From: Octopus vulgaris
Taxonomy: Eukaryota
Direction of reading: 5' to 3'
DNA length: 64,000 nt
Assembly: GCA_951406725.2 (NCBI GenBank)
Contig: OX597820.1
Span: 23,560,001-23,624,000 of the forward strand
This document shows, piece after piece, positions 48,456 through 61,708 of the stretch. The notes beneath the pieces are model-generated. The model ran no database searches. It was not told the DNA's origin and saw only the letters and a program-made list of their open reading frames with translations. The stretch's first letter is position 1. Every line of letters begins with the position of its first letter. A program made the position numbers and the translations under genes.

Positions 48456-51439
48456 GAGAGGGTTATAATATTAATAATCATTAATAAGGTGGCAAACTGG
48501 CAGAATTGTTAGCATACTGAACAAAATGCTTAACAGTATTTTCCCCACCTCTTTATATTATATACTCAAACTCATCAAGGTTACTTTTGCTTCTTATCCT
48601 TTTGGGCTTACTAAAATATAGTACCAGCCACGGTTTGGAGGAGATGCAATTAACTATCCCACAACACTGGCTTTGTGCAAAACCATTAAAATTATAATTA
48701 AGGTGGTGAGCTGGTAGAATTATTAGGACATTGGACAAAATGTTTAGCAGCATTTTTTTCTGGCTCATCACATTCAGTGTTCAAATCTGCTGAGGTCAAC
48801 TTTGCTTTTGCCTTTTATTCTTTCAGGATTGGTAAGACAAAGCACCCATTAAATACTGGGATTCAGATAATCAACTAGCCCACTTATCCTAAGAGTGCAG
48901 GCCTTGTGCCAAAATTGAAGTACTTATATCACATTTTAAGTTGCACTCAGCAGTTTTGGGAAAACCTTTGAAAATTCCCCCTTCTTTCCTTTTCCAAATC
49001 ACTATTTTGTAGTTCATTGCGCAAATTTTATCAACTAATGTTAAGACCTTTTCTTCCTTCCCTTGCATGTCAAGGTTTCATAATTTTAATGTCCACTTCT
49101 CCATGCTTGCATGGGTCAGACAGAATTTGATGAGGTGGATTTTTCTACAGTTAGATGTCCTTGCTGTTACCAACCCTCACTTGTTTCCAAGTAAAGTAAT
49201 ATGTCTCCATGACCAGACATGTTTTCAGAGAAGATTAAAAGTGAAAGACATTGCTTGTATGATGGTGATACAACAACCACATGAAGCCAAGACATGGATA
49301 TATTAACACATGCACACACAATGAATTTATTTCAGTTTCCTTCTACCAAATCTACTCAAGGTTTTGGTTGGCCCAGGGTTAAAGTAGAAGACACTTGCCC
49401 AAAGTGCTATGCAGTGGGGCTGAACCAGAAACCATGTGGTTGGGAAGCGAACTTCTTGTCACACAGCCATGCTGCATTTATTATTTTAAAATGTTCAAAC
49501 ATGTCAGTAAGAAACACTAAGTTTTTGTGTTCAATGTTTGTTTCCAAACATTTTGCATAATTCAGTTTACTGATTCTCATGGAAAAGTTTCAGCATTATT
49601 TCTCACAATTATTATTTACAACAAAGCACTCAACTTCTTCAAAGTCAATGAACAACAGTGTGCAAAATAAGATTTTGAACCATTTTGTTCCTAGTTTCAT
49701 TGTAAATATTTGCAAATAACCTTGATATAAAAAGTCTACTTTTATAACAAAAAAAACTTTTCATAACTACTTTCAATTCACTTCCATCTGTTTTCACAGT
49801 TAGTACATTAAGGTGTAAAAACCAAGAAGTGGTTAACATTTTTATTCTTCTTCATTGCCAAAGCTATCAAGCCCTTTGATGAACTAGTCATTGAGGATCC
49901 ATCATCTGTACATACACAGTCCTATACAATTTATACATAGCAAATTGTCTTCTTTCATGAACCTATATCTTCACTTCTAGTCTTCAAAAGAACTTTAACA
50001 GCACAATAACTGCTCTGTAAGTCTATTATAATAAAATATATAAAAATCAACAGATGTGCTAACTCATAAATATTGACTTAGCTATTACAAGTGCCATGGC
50101 TGATTTTAAAGAAATCAGCCTTATGATCTACCAGTGTTTCAAAAGACATATGTAGAATAATTATAACGAAACCTTTCTACCATACTTGATGGCATAATGG
50201 AAATGCCCAAATTTCAGCAATGCATATTCAAGAGAAAAAATTTTTAATGTCTTAAAGCATGTGATATAGACCCCACTTTGCATATAGGACCCAGGTGATT
50301 TTTTTTTTACATGTACAGCTTATATGCCATCAAATACAGTAATTAAAAAATGTTTGACAATAGCAGACTGAGATGTCTTGTTGATAATATCCTCCAAAAA
50401 CCTTTATTTTCTTTTATTTGAAAGAGAATTTATCCCAAAATATTAAAAATCCTCATCATGTAATGTCCTCTTTTCTATATTTGCATACGTTGGACAGAAT
50501 TTGCTGAGGCAGGTTTTCTTCAGCCAGATGCCCTTCCTGTCACTAATCTTCACTTGTTTCCAAGTAAGGTAATATTTTCCCATAGCCAGACATCTTTTTC
50601 ATGGACAACTGGAAATTAACGACACTACTTGTGTGGTGGTGATGCTTGTTTACAACCATCAAATGTCAAGACAAGGATACCCACAAACACACACATATGT
50701 ATAGCTGCATATACAACAGGATTCTTTCAGTTTCTGTCAACCAAATCCACTCACAAGGCTTTGGTTGGCCAAGGGCTATAGAAGACACCACTTGCCCAAG
50801 ATTCTGCACAGTGGAACTGACTGAACCTAAGGCTGAATGGTCGGGAAACAAGCTTTTTAACTACACAGTCATGCTAGCATCTTGTGAATTAAAAATATTT
50901 TACCATAAACTGAAACATCTTGTTGTTAAGATTGTCCAAACTATTTATTTTTTGAAAAGGGGATTTCTCTCAGAACATTAAACAACCTGTGTAAATACGT
51001 TAATACAATATTTTTTATTCTTTATCTGTTTTCATTCAATAACATCACCTTACATGTTCTGATTAACTATTCACCTGCATTAATTGCTCAAAAGGCTTTA
51101 CAAACAATTCACTATTCACTATTGTTTTTCTTTAAAACCTCACGATCGTAAGCTCAACGCTCTAACCACTGAGCCATGTGCCTTCACATTATATATATAT
51201 ATTCTGTCTTATCAGTTTTTTCTAATACAATATTGTTTTTCCTTAAAAGTGTTTAATATAGCAACCTGCAAATGAAACATTTTCATTTGTATCAAACTAT
51301 CCTGGAAACCTTCCAAATTATAACTAATGCCAATGTATTATCTTGAAGATAGTTTATTTGGCTGTGACATTGGGTTTTGTACAGGGAGGTATGGTACCAC
51401 TCTAGATCAATATGGACCAAAATACCTGTTTCTGTAATT

Positions 51440-52300
51440 TATAGAAGCAGGTACCAACAAGCCATATAATAGCTCTTGATAATATGAATGGAGGAGTTAA
51501 TAAGATAGGTTAAAAAGAAGCTAACTGGCTCTCTTTCGACTGAATTAACTGAGTTCTGGCTTAGTAGCTGGTGCTTGTATGTTATATTTATGGAAGTAGC
51601 ATTGAAGAAGACTAATGGATTTGTCAGCTTCTGGAGAATTACACTACAGAGGGATCAACATATAATTTAATTCATTTATGGAGGGGGAGATTTTAATAGT
51701 AGCTTTGTTCAAATATTCACAGCAATGGTTGGAAAAATTACTGTTGGAAGAATAGATGCGAAAAATCACAATGTTGAAAGTATTCACTGTTGCTTTCATC
51801 ATCAAGCATTAACAGTGGGACTAATACTTTAAGATTTCAAATTAGTCTTAAAAGATGCTGTAAAAACGGGTCAACTTTACTGAGTGATGGTGAAAGTGGT
51901 AGATGTTACTGAAGAGTTATATGAAGGGAAGTAATTGTTGAAAGGAGTGATAAAGGGGGGGGGGGCGATGGTGGAGAGATTGACAATAGATACATCAAGT
52001 CAAATAAAATACCTCCCTCAAACTACAGGAAGTATGTAAGTAATCAAAACAGATGTAAATCAAAACATTAAGATTGTAACCAGAAGCAGGCTTGTACAAT
52101 TCATTATTAAATTTTTCAGTATCTTAGTTACAGAGAACTTTTTAAATCATAAATGTAAAATAAAGAAAATAAAAGTAACCACAAGTTATTTTACTGCTTA
52201 TTTGCCATGTGGCTATAATAATATGATTTCAAATATCTTTTACATTGTGAAAATTTCTCTTTATCTAAGGAGTTCTATATTTTCAAAAAGTTTGAAAAAC
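51440..52300 (+). pseudogene. Fossil hAT (Charlie-type) transposase fragment
   Basis: Broken frames GSSIEED.WICQLLE...NVESIHCCFHHQALT...KLVLKDAVK (hAT CxxH region); aaaaagtttgaaaaaccatag end at ~52266-52286. Confidence 0.6.
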
Positions 52301-52594
52301 CATAGTCTATAATATCAGGAAATAAAAAGTGAATATAACAGTGTGTGTGTGTGTAAGACAAGGTATAAATAATGCTCATTACATATTTGTCTTACAGTTG
52401 TTTCCAGTTATCATTATAAGTACACAGCTGATAGGTTTACTCAATTTATTGATCATTTGAGAAAAATTGAATGACCTAAAATATTAAATGCTACTTTTGT
52501 CAGACCCATTTCTAGTCATAACAAAACAGAACACTGAAGCAGTGTTTTGCTTTGCTATAACCAGTAAACACATGCATACATACATACACACACT

Positions 52595-52628
<34 letters not shown>

Positions 52629-53200
52629 AAATAAATGCGCCCTTTTTAAAGCCTAGCCAAGCTCATAGGCCAGGTTTCCTGGTTTCCATGGTGTATGTGT
52701 TCCCAAGCTGGATGGGACGCCAGTCCATTGCAGCGTTACTCATTTTTGCCAGCTGAGTGGACTGGAGCAACGTGAAATGAAGTGTTTTGCTCAAGAACAC
52801 AACGCGTTGTCCGGTCCAGGAATCGAAACCACTATCTTACGATCATAATGCTGACACCCTAACCACTAAGCCACATGCCTCCACACACACACATATATAC
52901 ATATATATATATAAAAACTGTTATAGTTCGGGATAGTTATCTTTTGCCAATTAAACAACACACGTATTATTTATTTGATCATCACTTCAATCCTATTAGT
53001 ATTTTTTTTTAGTTTATTTCTGTCACCTCTTCACCAACACTGTTCCCCGTGTGTCTCCTCTTGCCATGCCAATTCCATTTTCTCTTACAACCAAGATAAC
53101 CATCCCCATGTATAACAATATCTGTTTCAAAACACATTTTCACTTCAAGAATTTTGCAAAACAAATACATAAACCTCTGTGTGTGTGTGTGTTCATGCAT

Positions 53201-53239
<39 letters not shown>

Positions 53240-54610
53240 CATACATGTTCTTAAATGACTAATATCACTCTCCCATAATAAAATTATTTCAGTACACAAT
53301 CTTGGACCAAATCACTTGCCAAGCAAATACAACTATATATAGTTTTGTATGTACATATAACCACATATGCATATATATATATATATATATATATCAAATA
53401 TGATTGCATTTAATTATTTTTCCTTTATAGATTTATTTATTAGATCTTTGTTTTGTTGGGAACATACATCTTAGACCCATCAGTAAATCTAGACCTTTCA
53501 AAAGAGAAGGCTGAAAAATTCTAGAAACTTTGATAAATCTAGGCACTTCATTGTTTCAAACTAAAAACAAAGGGCAAATAAAAAAAATAATCTGTAAAGC
53601 ATTCAGACTCAAATAGGATCAAATTAATATAATGTACACATACAATAAATTTACCAACAATATTGTTATGAACAGATGTGTATACACACACACACAGACA
53701 CGGGTTATTTCCATTTATTTCTAGGTGTGTACACTGCTGATATTCCCAGTGGTGTTACACTTGGCAAGAATATGAGACCCGATAGACTTCTGTTTCACAT
53801 TACACACAATTAATTTTTCTTCTCCTCCTGATCGCTATATCCAAATATTTGGCTTAATTTTAAAGAGCGGAATCTAATGGGGACAAAATCCTCTAAGAAC
53901 ACATACTAAATGTGACGACCCTATTTCAGGCATACTTTTCAGAATGATGTTGTTCCTCGGTATTAATTTCTAGGTCAATGAAAGAAAATCAAAACTCAAC
54001 TTGGAAAGTACTTATATAATTTTAGTTTAACAAGTCTCTGTATGTTCACATATAGAATGAGATGACTGGTTCTGAATGCTTTGGTGATTTGTCACAGATG
54101 AGTAGACATTCAGCCTGTTTTGGCAGCAATGAATTTTGGTGCTGGAAGCAAATACATACACACACATACAAACAAACAAATGCCGAAGTGTTCAGATACG
54201 GCAGTGGGGCAACAGATTATAATCTATTGGAACAGGGCTGACAAACTCTTTCTCACTTCTCATACACATAAAGAGGGGAGTGTGGGGAGAAACACTAAAA
54301 TGTCTGATGTCAAATAAATCAGCATTGACTCAGCAGTGCCAAAACAGCTGTGCCAAACATCTCATACTCATTTCACATAATAATATATATCAAAAGGCGA
54401 TCTTTCAATATGACTCGGGAAGTTGTCAATGAACTGTCATCCAGATCAGCTGTTTTGCTTGTTAATTTCTGTTTTTTTATGTTCTTTTATATGTTTCAGC
54501 CCGAAGGCTGTGGCCATGCTGGAGCACCTGTAAAAATTTTTTATTTACTTTTCTTCTAAAGTGAAAGAGAGAAGAAAGTGAAAGATGTATGAATGTGTAT
54601 ATGAAATGGA

Positions 54611-54645
<35 letters not shown>

Positions 54646-54776
54646 CTGTGTGTGCCACTTACACATGCATGAGAAAACACGTTCACTCACTCACTGTCAC
54701 ACACACACACATATAAAAAAGATGTATACATATGCATTGATGTATGTACATATACATAATACACCCTTTCACTCAC

Positions 54777-54816
<40 letters not shown>

Positions 54817-55416
54817 GTCCATTTCAGATACACGTACATACATTTTTCACTTTCCCCTCTCTTTTACTTTAAAACAAAGTCATCATCATCATCATCATCG
54901 TTTAACATCCGCTTTCCATGCTGGCATGGGGTGGGTGGTTTGACTGGGGACTGGTGAGTCAGATGGCTGCACCGGGCTCCAATCTGATCTGGCAGAGTTT
55001 CTACAGCTGGATACCCTTCCTAACGCCAACCACACCGAGAGTGTAATGGGTGCTTTTACATGCCACCGGCATGAGGACCAGTCAGGTGGTACTGGCAACA
55101 GCCACACTCAAATGATGTTTTTACGTGTCACCTGCACAGGAGCCAGTCCAGTAAATAAATAATAAATTTTTACAGAAATTAATGAACCTAGATGACAACT
55201 CTGCAAGTCAAAACGAAAGATAGTCCTATCAGAATCTGTAGAGTGAGAGACTTATTTAAGAATTTATACATTTAAAGAGTGGGGACATAGAGAGAAGGAA
55301 CAGCTCCAAAATGAAAAAAATTAGTTGACAATAGCATATTGCTCTTAAGATTATACCAACAATAGCCTTAGAAACTAGGGTACATATGACTCAATATGTA
55401 TGATATTACTCTATCC

Positions 55417-55611
55417 CAGTAGTTCCCAAAGTGGGTGGTATTGCCCCACCACCACCACCAACCTGGTGGCAGTGGAAAGTTCCAAGGGGGCGCAGAAGAA
55501 AAATGGGGAAGCTTTGAATTTGCTTCAGAAAGGTTAGTTGGGGTGGGGGGTGCTAGGAATGTGGCCTGGATGTCAAGGGGGCAGCAGCCCAAAAATGTTT
55601 GGGAACCACAG
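55417..55611. mobile_element. hAT (Charlie-type) MITE
   Basis: cagtagttcccaaa / tttgggaaccacag TIRs; imperfect 8-bp TSD ctctatcc / ctctaaac. Confidence 0.7.
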
Positions 55612-55709
55612 CTCTAAACCGACTATCTGGCCTTATAAAAAATGAAAAAAAGAACTAGAATTGCAACAAATAAAATTAAAAATGAAATATAAAATGTTAA
55701 GATTCAGTA

Positions 55710-56210
55710 GGCGCAATGGCCTAGTGGTTAGGGCAGCGGACTCGCGGTCGCAGGATCGCGGTTTCGATTCTCAGACTGGGCGTTGTGTGTGTTTATTGAG
55801 CGAAAACACCTAAAAAGCTCTACGAGGCTCCGGCAGGGGGTGGTGATCCCTGCTGTACTCTTTCACCACAATGGCGGTGCCCCAGCATGGCCACAGCTCA
55901 AGAGCTGAAACTGGAAAAACAAAAACAAACAAACAAAACAAACAAACATATATATATATATAGGCGCAGGAGTGGCTGTGTGGTAAGTAGCTTGCTAACC
56001 AGCCACATGGTTCCGGGTTCAGTCCCACTGCGTGGCATCTTGGGCAAGTGTCTTCTGCTATAGCTCCGGGCCGACCAATGCCTTGTGAGTGGATTTGGTA
56101 GACGGAGACTGAAAGAAGCCTGTGGGTCGAGTTGCTCGATTAAAGGCGGTGCTCCAGCATGGCCGCAGTCAGATGACTGAAACAAGTAAAAGAGTAAAGA
56201 GTAAAAGAGT
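55710..56210 (+). mobile_element. Mosaic of family-C head, alternative tail and internally deleted family-A SINE
   Basis: Abrupt junctions at ~55870 and ~56122. Confidence 0.65.
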
Positions 56211-58533
56211 AATACAATTTTTGTGTTGATGTATTTATTGTAAATTTTAATAACCCCAAATTGAAAGCAGTCACATTATAATATTATTTTTGGTCATATT
56301 TTACTTTTTGTTTTTTTGAAATTTGATTCAGAAAGTTCTAACAGAATTTAATTTAAAATAGAAGTGTACATTGTATTTGAGCATGAAGTTATAGATCTGA
56401 TAATACTAAAACACACATTCCTGTTACACTTCACTTCTTTTTATTATTATTGGTCAAGTAGGAAGCTAATTAATCATTTGATCAATCAATCATTTGATTT
56501 GTCAGACAAACTGACAAGTCAAATGATTGATCAAACAATTGATTAGTTAATTTTAATAATAGCAGTTTCAGATTTTGGCGGCATAAGGGACCAGGCTAAA
56601 TAGATTACATCAACCCTAACACTAGATTGGTACCTATTTTATAGACTCCAAAAGGATGAAAGGCAAAGTTAACCTTGATGAGGCTAATAATAATTCTTTG
56701 ATTATAGGCACAAGGCATGAAATTTTGGTGGTAGTTGGTAATTGACTTGAATAAGTACCTACTGGTACTTATTTTATCAACTGTGAAAGGATGAAAGGCA
56801 AAGTCAACCTCAGTGGAATAAGTGGGACTAATAATGATACTAATAATGGTTTCAAATTTTGGCACAAGGCCAGCAAATTTAGAGCAGAGGGTAAATGGAT
56901 TACATTGATTCCAGTGCTCAACCTTGCCAGAATTTGAACTCAGAACATACAGATAGATGAAATGCCACTAAGTATTTTGCCTGGCATGCATATGTTTTAT
57001 TGGCAAAATGACTGAGGTAGTAAAACATCTATTTCAATGCAATTTCATATCAGAAGTCTTGGCAAGCAAATAGAAAAATGAAATGCTATATTTCTCTTTA
57101 ACTCAGTAGCATTTAAACAGGCCATATTCTACCTAAATATGCTACTTGTTTTATGTTCTGACTAACCAGATCCAGCCTATCACACCTACCTTTCAATGCC
57201 ATTCTAAAAATATACTATCACTTCATCAAAATTTCAAAGCTATGAGATAATGCACAATTAATTAAAAACAATGTGAATGAAAAAGCATTATACTTGACAG
57301 TGTAATCTGATTGCTAAAGAGTTAAACAAATAACATTCAAAATATAATATTTTTGCCATTGTGGTAGAGGTTGACATGGGTTTAGAATACAACCTTATGT
57401 TTTGGTTTTGTATTTTAATCTTGCCACAAGACAAACATTATCAAGGCTGACTGTATCTTTTCTCCAATCTTCCTCACAGAAATTTTTCATCTTACAAAAT
57501 ATTATCTATTGTTGCTGTTGTTGGCTCTTCCTCATTTCTGAATATTTCCATGAGAAAAGATTGGTAAAAAAAATGCTGGCAGTCTCAAAGACATTCTCTG
57601 CAATGCAGGCTCAGGTGGTGAAATTGCAACAGACTTCTGTCAGCCCAGGTGTTGCTTGAGTTGTGCCTTCTAAACCAGTCCATCTGGCATTGCCTTCTGC
57701 CAGGTCAACCACTGAGATCATAGGCCTTTATTTACTTGTTTTGCCATTGAGGACTTTAGCTTTTTTTTAGGTATGCCTCTCTAGATTCCCTCAGATCAGT
57801 GTGACTAGGTTCTCATGATAATTTTAGCTGGAATGGTCTTGCTACTAAAGCAGAAATTCAAGTCTTTCCCTGAACATGATTGATCACGTAGGAATGTAAA
57901 GGCCAGTGCCTGAAGGAAGTTATATATTGCATGTCACTTAGTAAAGGCTACTACCCCTACACAACTTTTGAGCCACTTGTTATTGTATGTCTAAACAAAT
58001 AAAACCATTTCTTTTTGTATTTTGCCAATATCTGCTACTCAGTCATTTCCTCAATTCTCTAGCTTTTCTTGTGATTAACATTGGGCATCTGATGGGCTAC
58101 ACTCAACTATTCACCCACAAATTATATAGTGTATATTTATAAAGCTCCAAAAAGTTGTCTGATAATAGTAGTAAACTTGCTATGGTGTGATATAGTATGG
58201 CTCGGAATGAATTAATAGTTAGCGCAGACCGTTTTGGTAATTTGTGTACAACTTAAAAGAGAACCAGGACTTGATGCATAGTCAAAGGGGTCTTTGACAA
58301 CGGGCAACATTCATAGCTTCCCTTCAAAATACTGTGTGCAAGAAATGCTATATCCAAATGAGCAGCATTTTATTACTCAATCCAAGAACTATTTAAAATT
58401 TGAAATAGAATATTTGATTCAAAAGGCTTAAAGATAATCAGTATTGTGAGGAAATTTATAAGGTATTCAAATGTCTTTTAATAGCATTGTATAAAAATAG
58501 TTAAGTCTTTGGATCTTAGAAAAACAAGTAAAA

Positions 58534-59594
58534 TAATCTTAGACTGCTATGTAGTTAGTGATCTCTACAGTAATGTTATTTGACAGGATGTACAATGTAG
58601 AGATCAAGGAATCTCTTCAGGTTGAGCTGATACTTCTCCACAATGAGAGGTCACAGCTTTGATACTACAGACATGATTATAATGCCACGGGAAAAGACCT
58701 TAAGACAGATTCAAGGCAAGCCAAGCCAACCGACAGGAGACCTAAGGGTGGATCAACGAGCAAGATGGTTGGATAAGAGTCTCAGTTGGTCATGCTTGGG
58801 AACCCAGCAGGCAAGTTTAATGATGGTTGCTTCTAATAGGACCTCATGAAGGACGTGCCCAAGGACTCTACCCCCTAAGACCCTTCCAAGAATAGTGGGT
58901 GGAGAAAATTAAAATGGATTTAGCGATAAACTATAGAAATGTAAGAAATTATTATAAAAAGATCCTCAAAAGGAACTTCTTGTTATAATAGCCTCTGAGT
59001 GCTCTGATCAAGAAAATAAACACAATTTCAATTCAGAAAGTCAGCAAGAGAGATGGCATCTAATTTACAACTTCTCTCATCATACTCCTTTGCTCCCTTA
59101 AGATATACAAAGTGAACTTAAATATTTGAACTGAAGAATGTTAGCTAGTAAGCCATAATTATTTTGCTTCAAATCTTATTCAGTTAACCTTCCATCCTTT
59201 TCTTTTTAATCTACAGGGATTTGAATGGAGATATAGCTGCTTTACATGAGAGTAAGGAACAAAACTGAGTCCTTGAGTCCTTGGGTATATCCTTCATAAG
59301 GTCCTATTAGAAGCAACCATCATTAAACTTGTCTGCTGGGTTCCCAAGCATGACCAACTGAGACCTTTATTCAACCGTCTTGCTCATTGGTCCACCCTTG
59401 GGTCTCCTGTCAGTTGGCTTGGCTTGCCTTGAATCCGTCTTAAGGTCTTTTCCTGTGGCATTATAATCATGTCTGTAGTATCAAAGCTGTGACCTCTCAA
59501 TGTCAACCTGAAGAGGTTCCCTGATCTCTACATTGTGCATCCTGTCAAATAACATTACTATAGAGATCACTAACTATATAGCAGTCTAAGATTA
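58534..59594. repeat. Long inverted repeat (arms 58534-58868 and 59275-59594) of an RTE-like 3' fragment
   Basis: Arms collinear in reverse; encodes LRQIQGKPSQP...RARWLD-like RTE end; a diverged third copy at ~33445-33610. Confidence 0.85.
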
Positions 59595-59671
59595 ATTGAA
59601 GTGAAGCCTGAAATTAATGTTTTACAACAGAATTAATAGCTTGTTTAATATGAAACTTCATCACCCATTCA

Positions 59672-59899
59672 TTAACTCTTTCGTTACTGTATTTATTTTG
59701 AGATGCTCTGTGTTTCTTTCAATTATTTTAAATATAACAAAGAATTTAGTAAAATAACTTAGTTATCATTAAGCTATTGTTAGGAACATAAATTATGACT
59801 AAGATTTGGTGGAAGATTTTAATTCAAAACTTATGAAAACAAGACATTTGTACTCAGAGCCAGAGCCGGTTTCAGCTGGGTTGGTAATGAAAGGGTTAA
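59672..59899. mobile_element. TTAA-flanked MITE
   Basis: ttaactctttcgttac...gtaatgaaagggttaa; inverted sibling at 61037-61234. Confidence 0.75.
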
Positions 59900-60213
59900 G
59901 CATAATTCAGGAGACATGGTGGAGCAACAAGGTCAGAGGGAAAAAAATGTGATATGTTTATCCTATGTACCAACCTGCCCTACTATTGACAAAAATCAAT
60001 ATTTGTAATTAAGATGTCAGAAATTTTAAAAAAAACCTCGACACAAAAGCTATCTGCATCTTGATTGTTAAAAGGTGGAAAATAATGTGGAGAATCAGTC
60101 TTTGTTTTGATAAATCTAGTTTGCTCAATACAAAAAGTTTAACAGTAAGAGAAGATTGAAGAGAAACTAAATATTAAATCATCGTATGTATGGTAAACAG
60201 TGAGATTCAAAAT

Positions 60214-60502
60214 AATGACTTGCATATTTATTCATAATGTATTCCAGCAGATTCAAACATGAATATGCAAATTACTGTTGTGCTCATCAGAATCCCTTGC
60301 ACTAATGAAGTGAGTGTTATGAACTCATATTCATAATAAAAGAAAAAGCTGTTTTCCTGTGGTGTGTATGCTAATTACTGTTGTGTCCATCACAAAACAG
60401 CTTCTCTTTTATAACGAATATGTGTTCGTAAAATAATTCATTAGTACAAGGGATTCTGATATTCAAGTCTGCTGGAATGTATTAAGAAATATGCAAGTCA
60501 TT
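60214..60502. repeat. Imperfect ~290-bp inverted repeat
   Basis: aatgacttgcatattt / aaatatgcaagtcatt; atcagaatcccttg / caagggattctgat; aagctgtttt / aaaacagctt. Confidence 0.75.
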
Positions 60503-60683
60503 GTAAAGAATAATCATTTTGGAATAATTTAACTTTACTGTAAGCTTGCCTTTTGCAGATCTATTGTCTAACATTGTTAACCTTCTACAAACTATAAGAT
60601 GTCTATGCTAAGAGCAATTTTGGAAAGTTACATTTTGTAACAAACAAATCTTTTTTGGGTGATATTTTTGTTTCAAGCTAGTA

Positions 60684-61434
60684 CAGTATTTCTCAACTAA
60701 GGTTCCTCGTGAAAGTCACAAGGGGTTTCTGAAAGAGGTTACTAGGATTTTCTGCAAGAAGACACAATGGTTTTCTGCAAAAATATTGCTTGGGGTTCCT
60801 GCAAGAAACGGTGATAAAATTACACAAAATGCTTTCACGTAACTGTTATGAACAAATACATTTTGAGCAATTTTTGTGTTTAATTCTATAGTTATAATTT
60901 TATTACAAACATGCAGCATATTTTCTGACAAATGTAGGGAAATTCTGACAAATGTAGATAATGAGACCAAATGGGAAAATTGGCCTCTAGGGAATTGAAG
61001 CAGATTTTAGTCTTAAGATATTGGTGAAAACACTTCTTAAACCTTTCATTACCAACCCGGCTGAAACCGGCTCTAGCTTTGAATTAAAATTTTCCATCAA
61101 AACCTTAGTCACAATTTATGTTCCTAACACTAGCTGAATGATAACTAAGTTATTTTACTAAATTCTTTTGTTATATTTAAAGTAATTGAAAGAAACACAG
61201 CATCTCAAAATAAATACAGTAACAAAAGGGTTAAAACATCTTTGTGGTGTTTAATGGATTTAACATTGCCAAACCTTTCATAAAACTATTTCAATGACAC
61301 TTTTATAATATGTTTCTTTTCTTATGAAATTTAACTTTGTGAAAGAGAAAAAAGATTAACAAAGATATAAAATTTCCCTGAGACAGAATGTATTTCAAAG
61401 GTTCCTCAAAAGTAAAAAGTTTGGGAAAAAACTG
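60684..61434. mobile_element. hAT-type MITE containing a nested TTAA MITE (61037-61234)
   Basis: cagtatttctcaac / gtttgggaaaaaactg ends; 8-bp TSD agctagta / agctagaa. Confidence 0.7.
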
Positions 61435-61528
61435 AGCTAGAAGAACAAGGATATCTGCAAATGTTAAAATAAACAAATACAAAGGAAAACCTTTATATAT
61501 AATTTGAATAAGAAATCTATGATGAGGT

Positions 61529-61708
61529 TACTGTATTTGATGACATAGATGTACTTTTGAAGTGCCTATAAAAAAAAAACCCTCAGGTCCTATATGCAAA
61601 GTTGGGCCTCCCAATAGCTTTAATGTACTAAAAACATTGTTTCCTGAATATGTACAACTGGGGTGCAGCGAATATACCCATGTATCTTCTATACCATCAA
61701 ATATGATA
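61529..61708. mobile_element. pogo-type MITE
   Basis: tactgtatttgatg / catcaaatatgata; related end at ~50260-50341. Confidence 0.55.
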
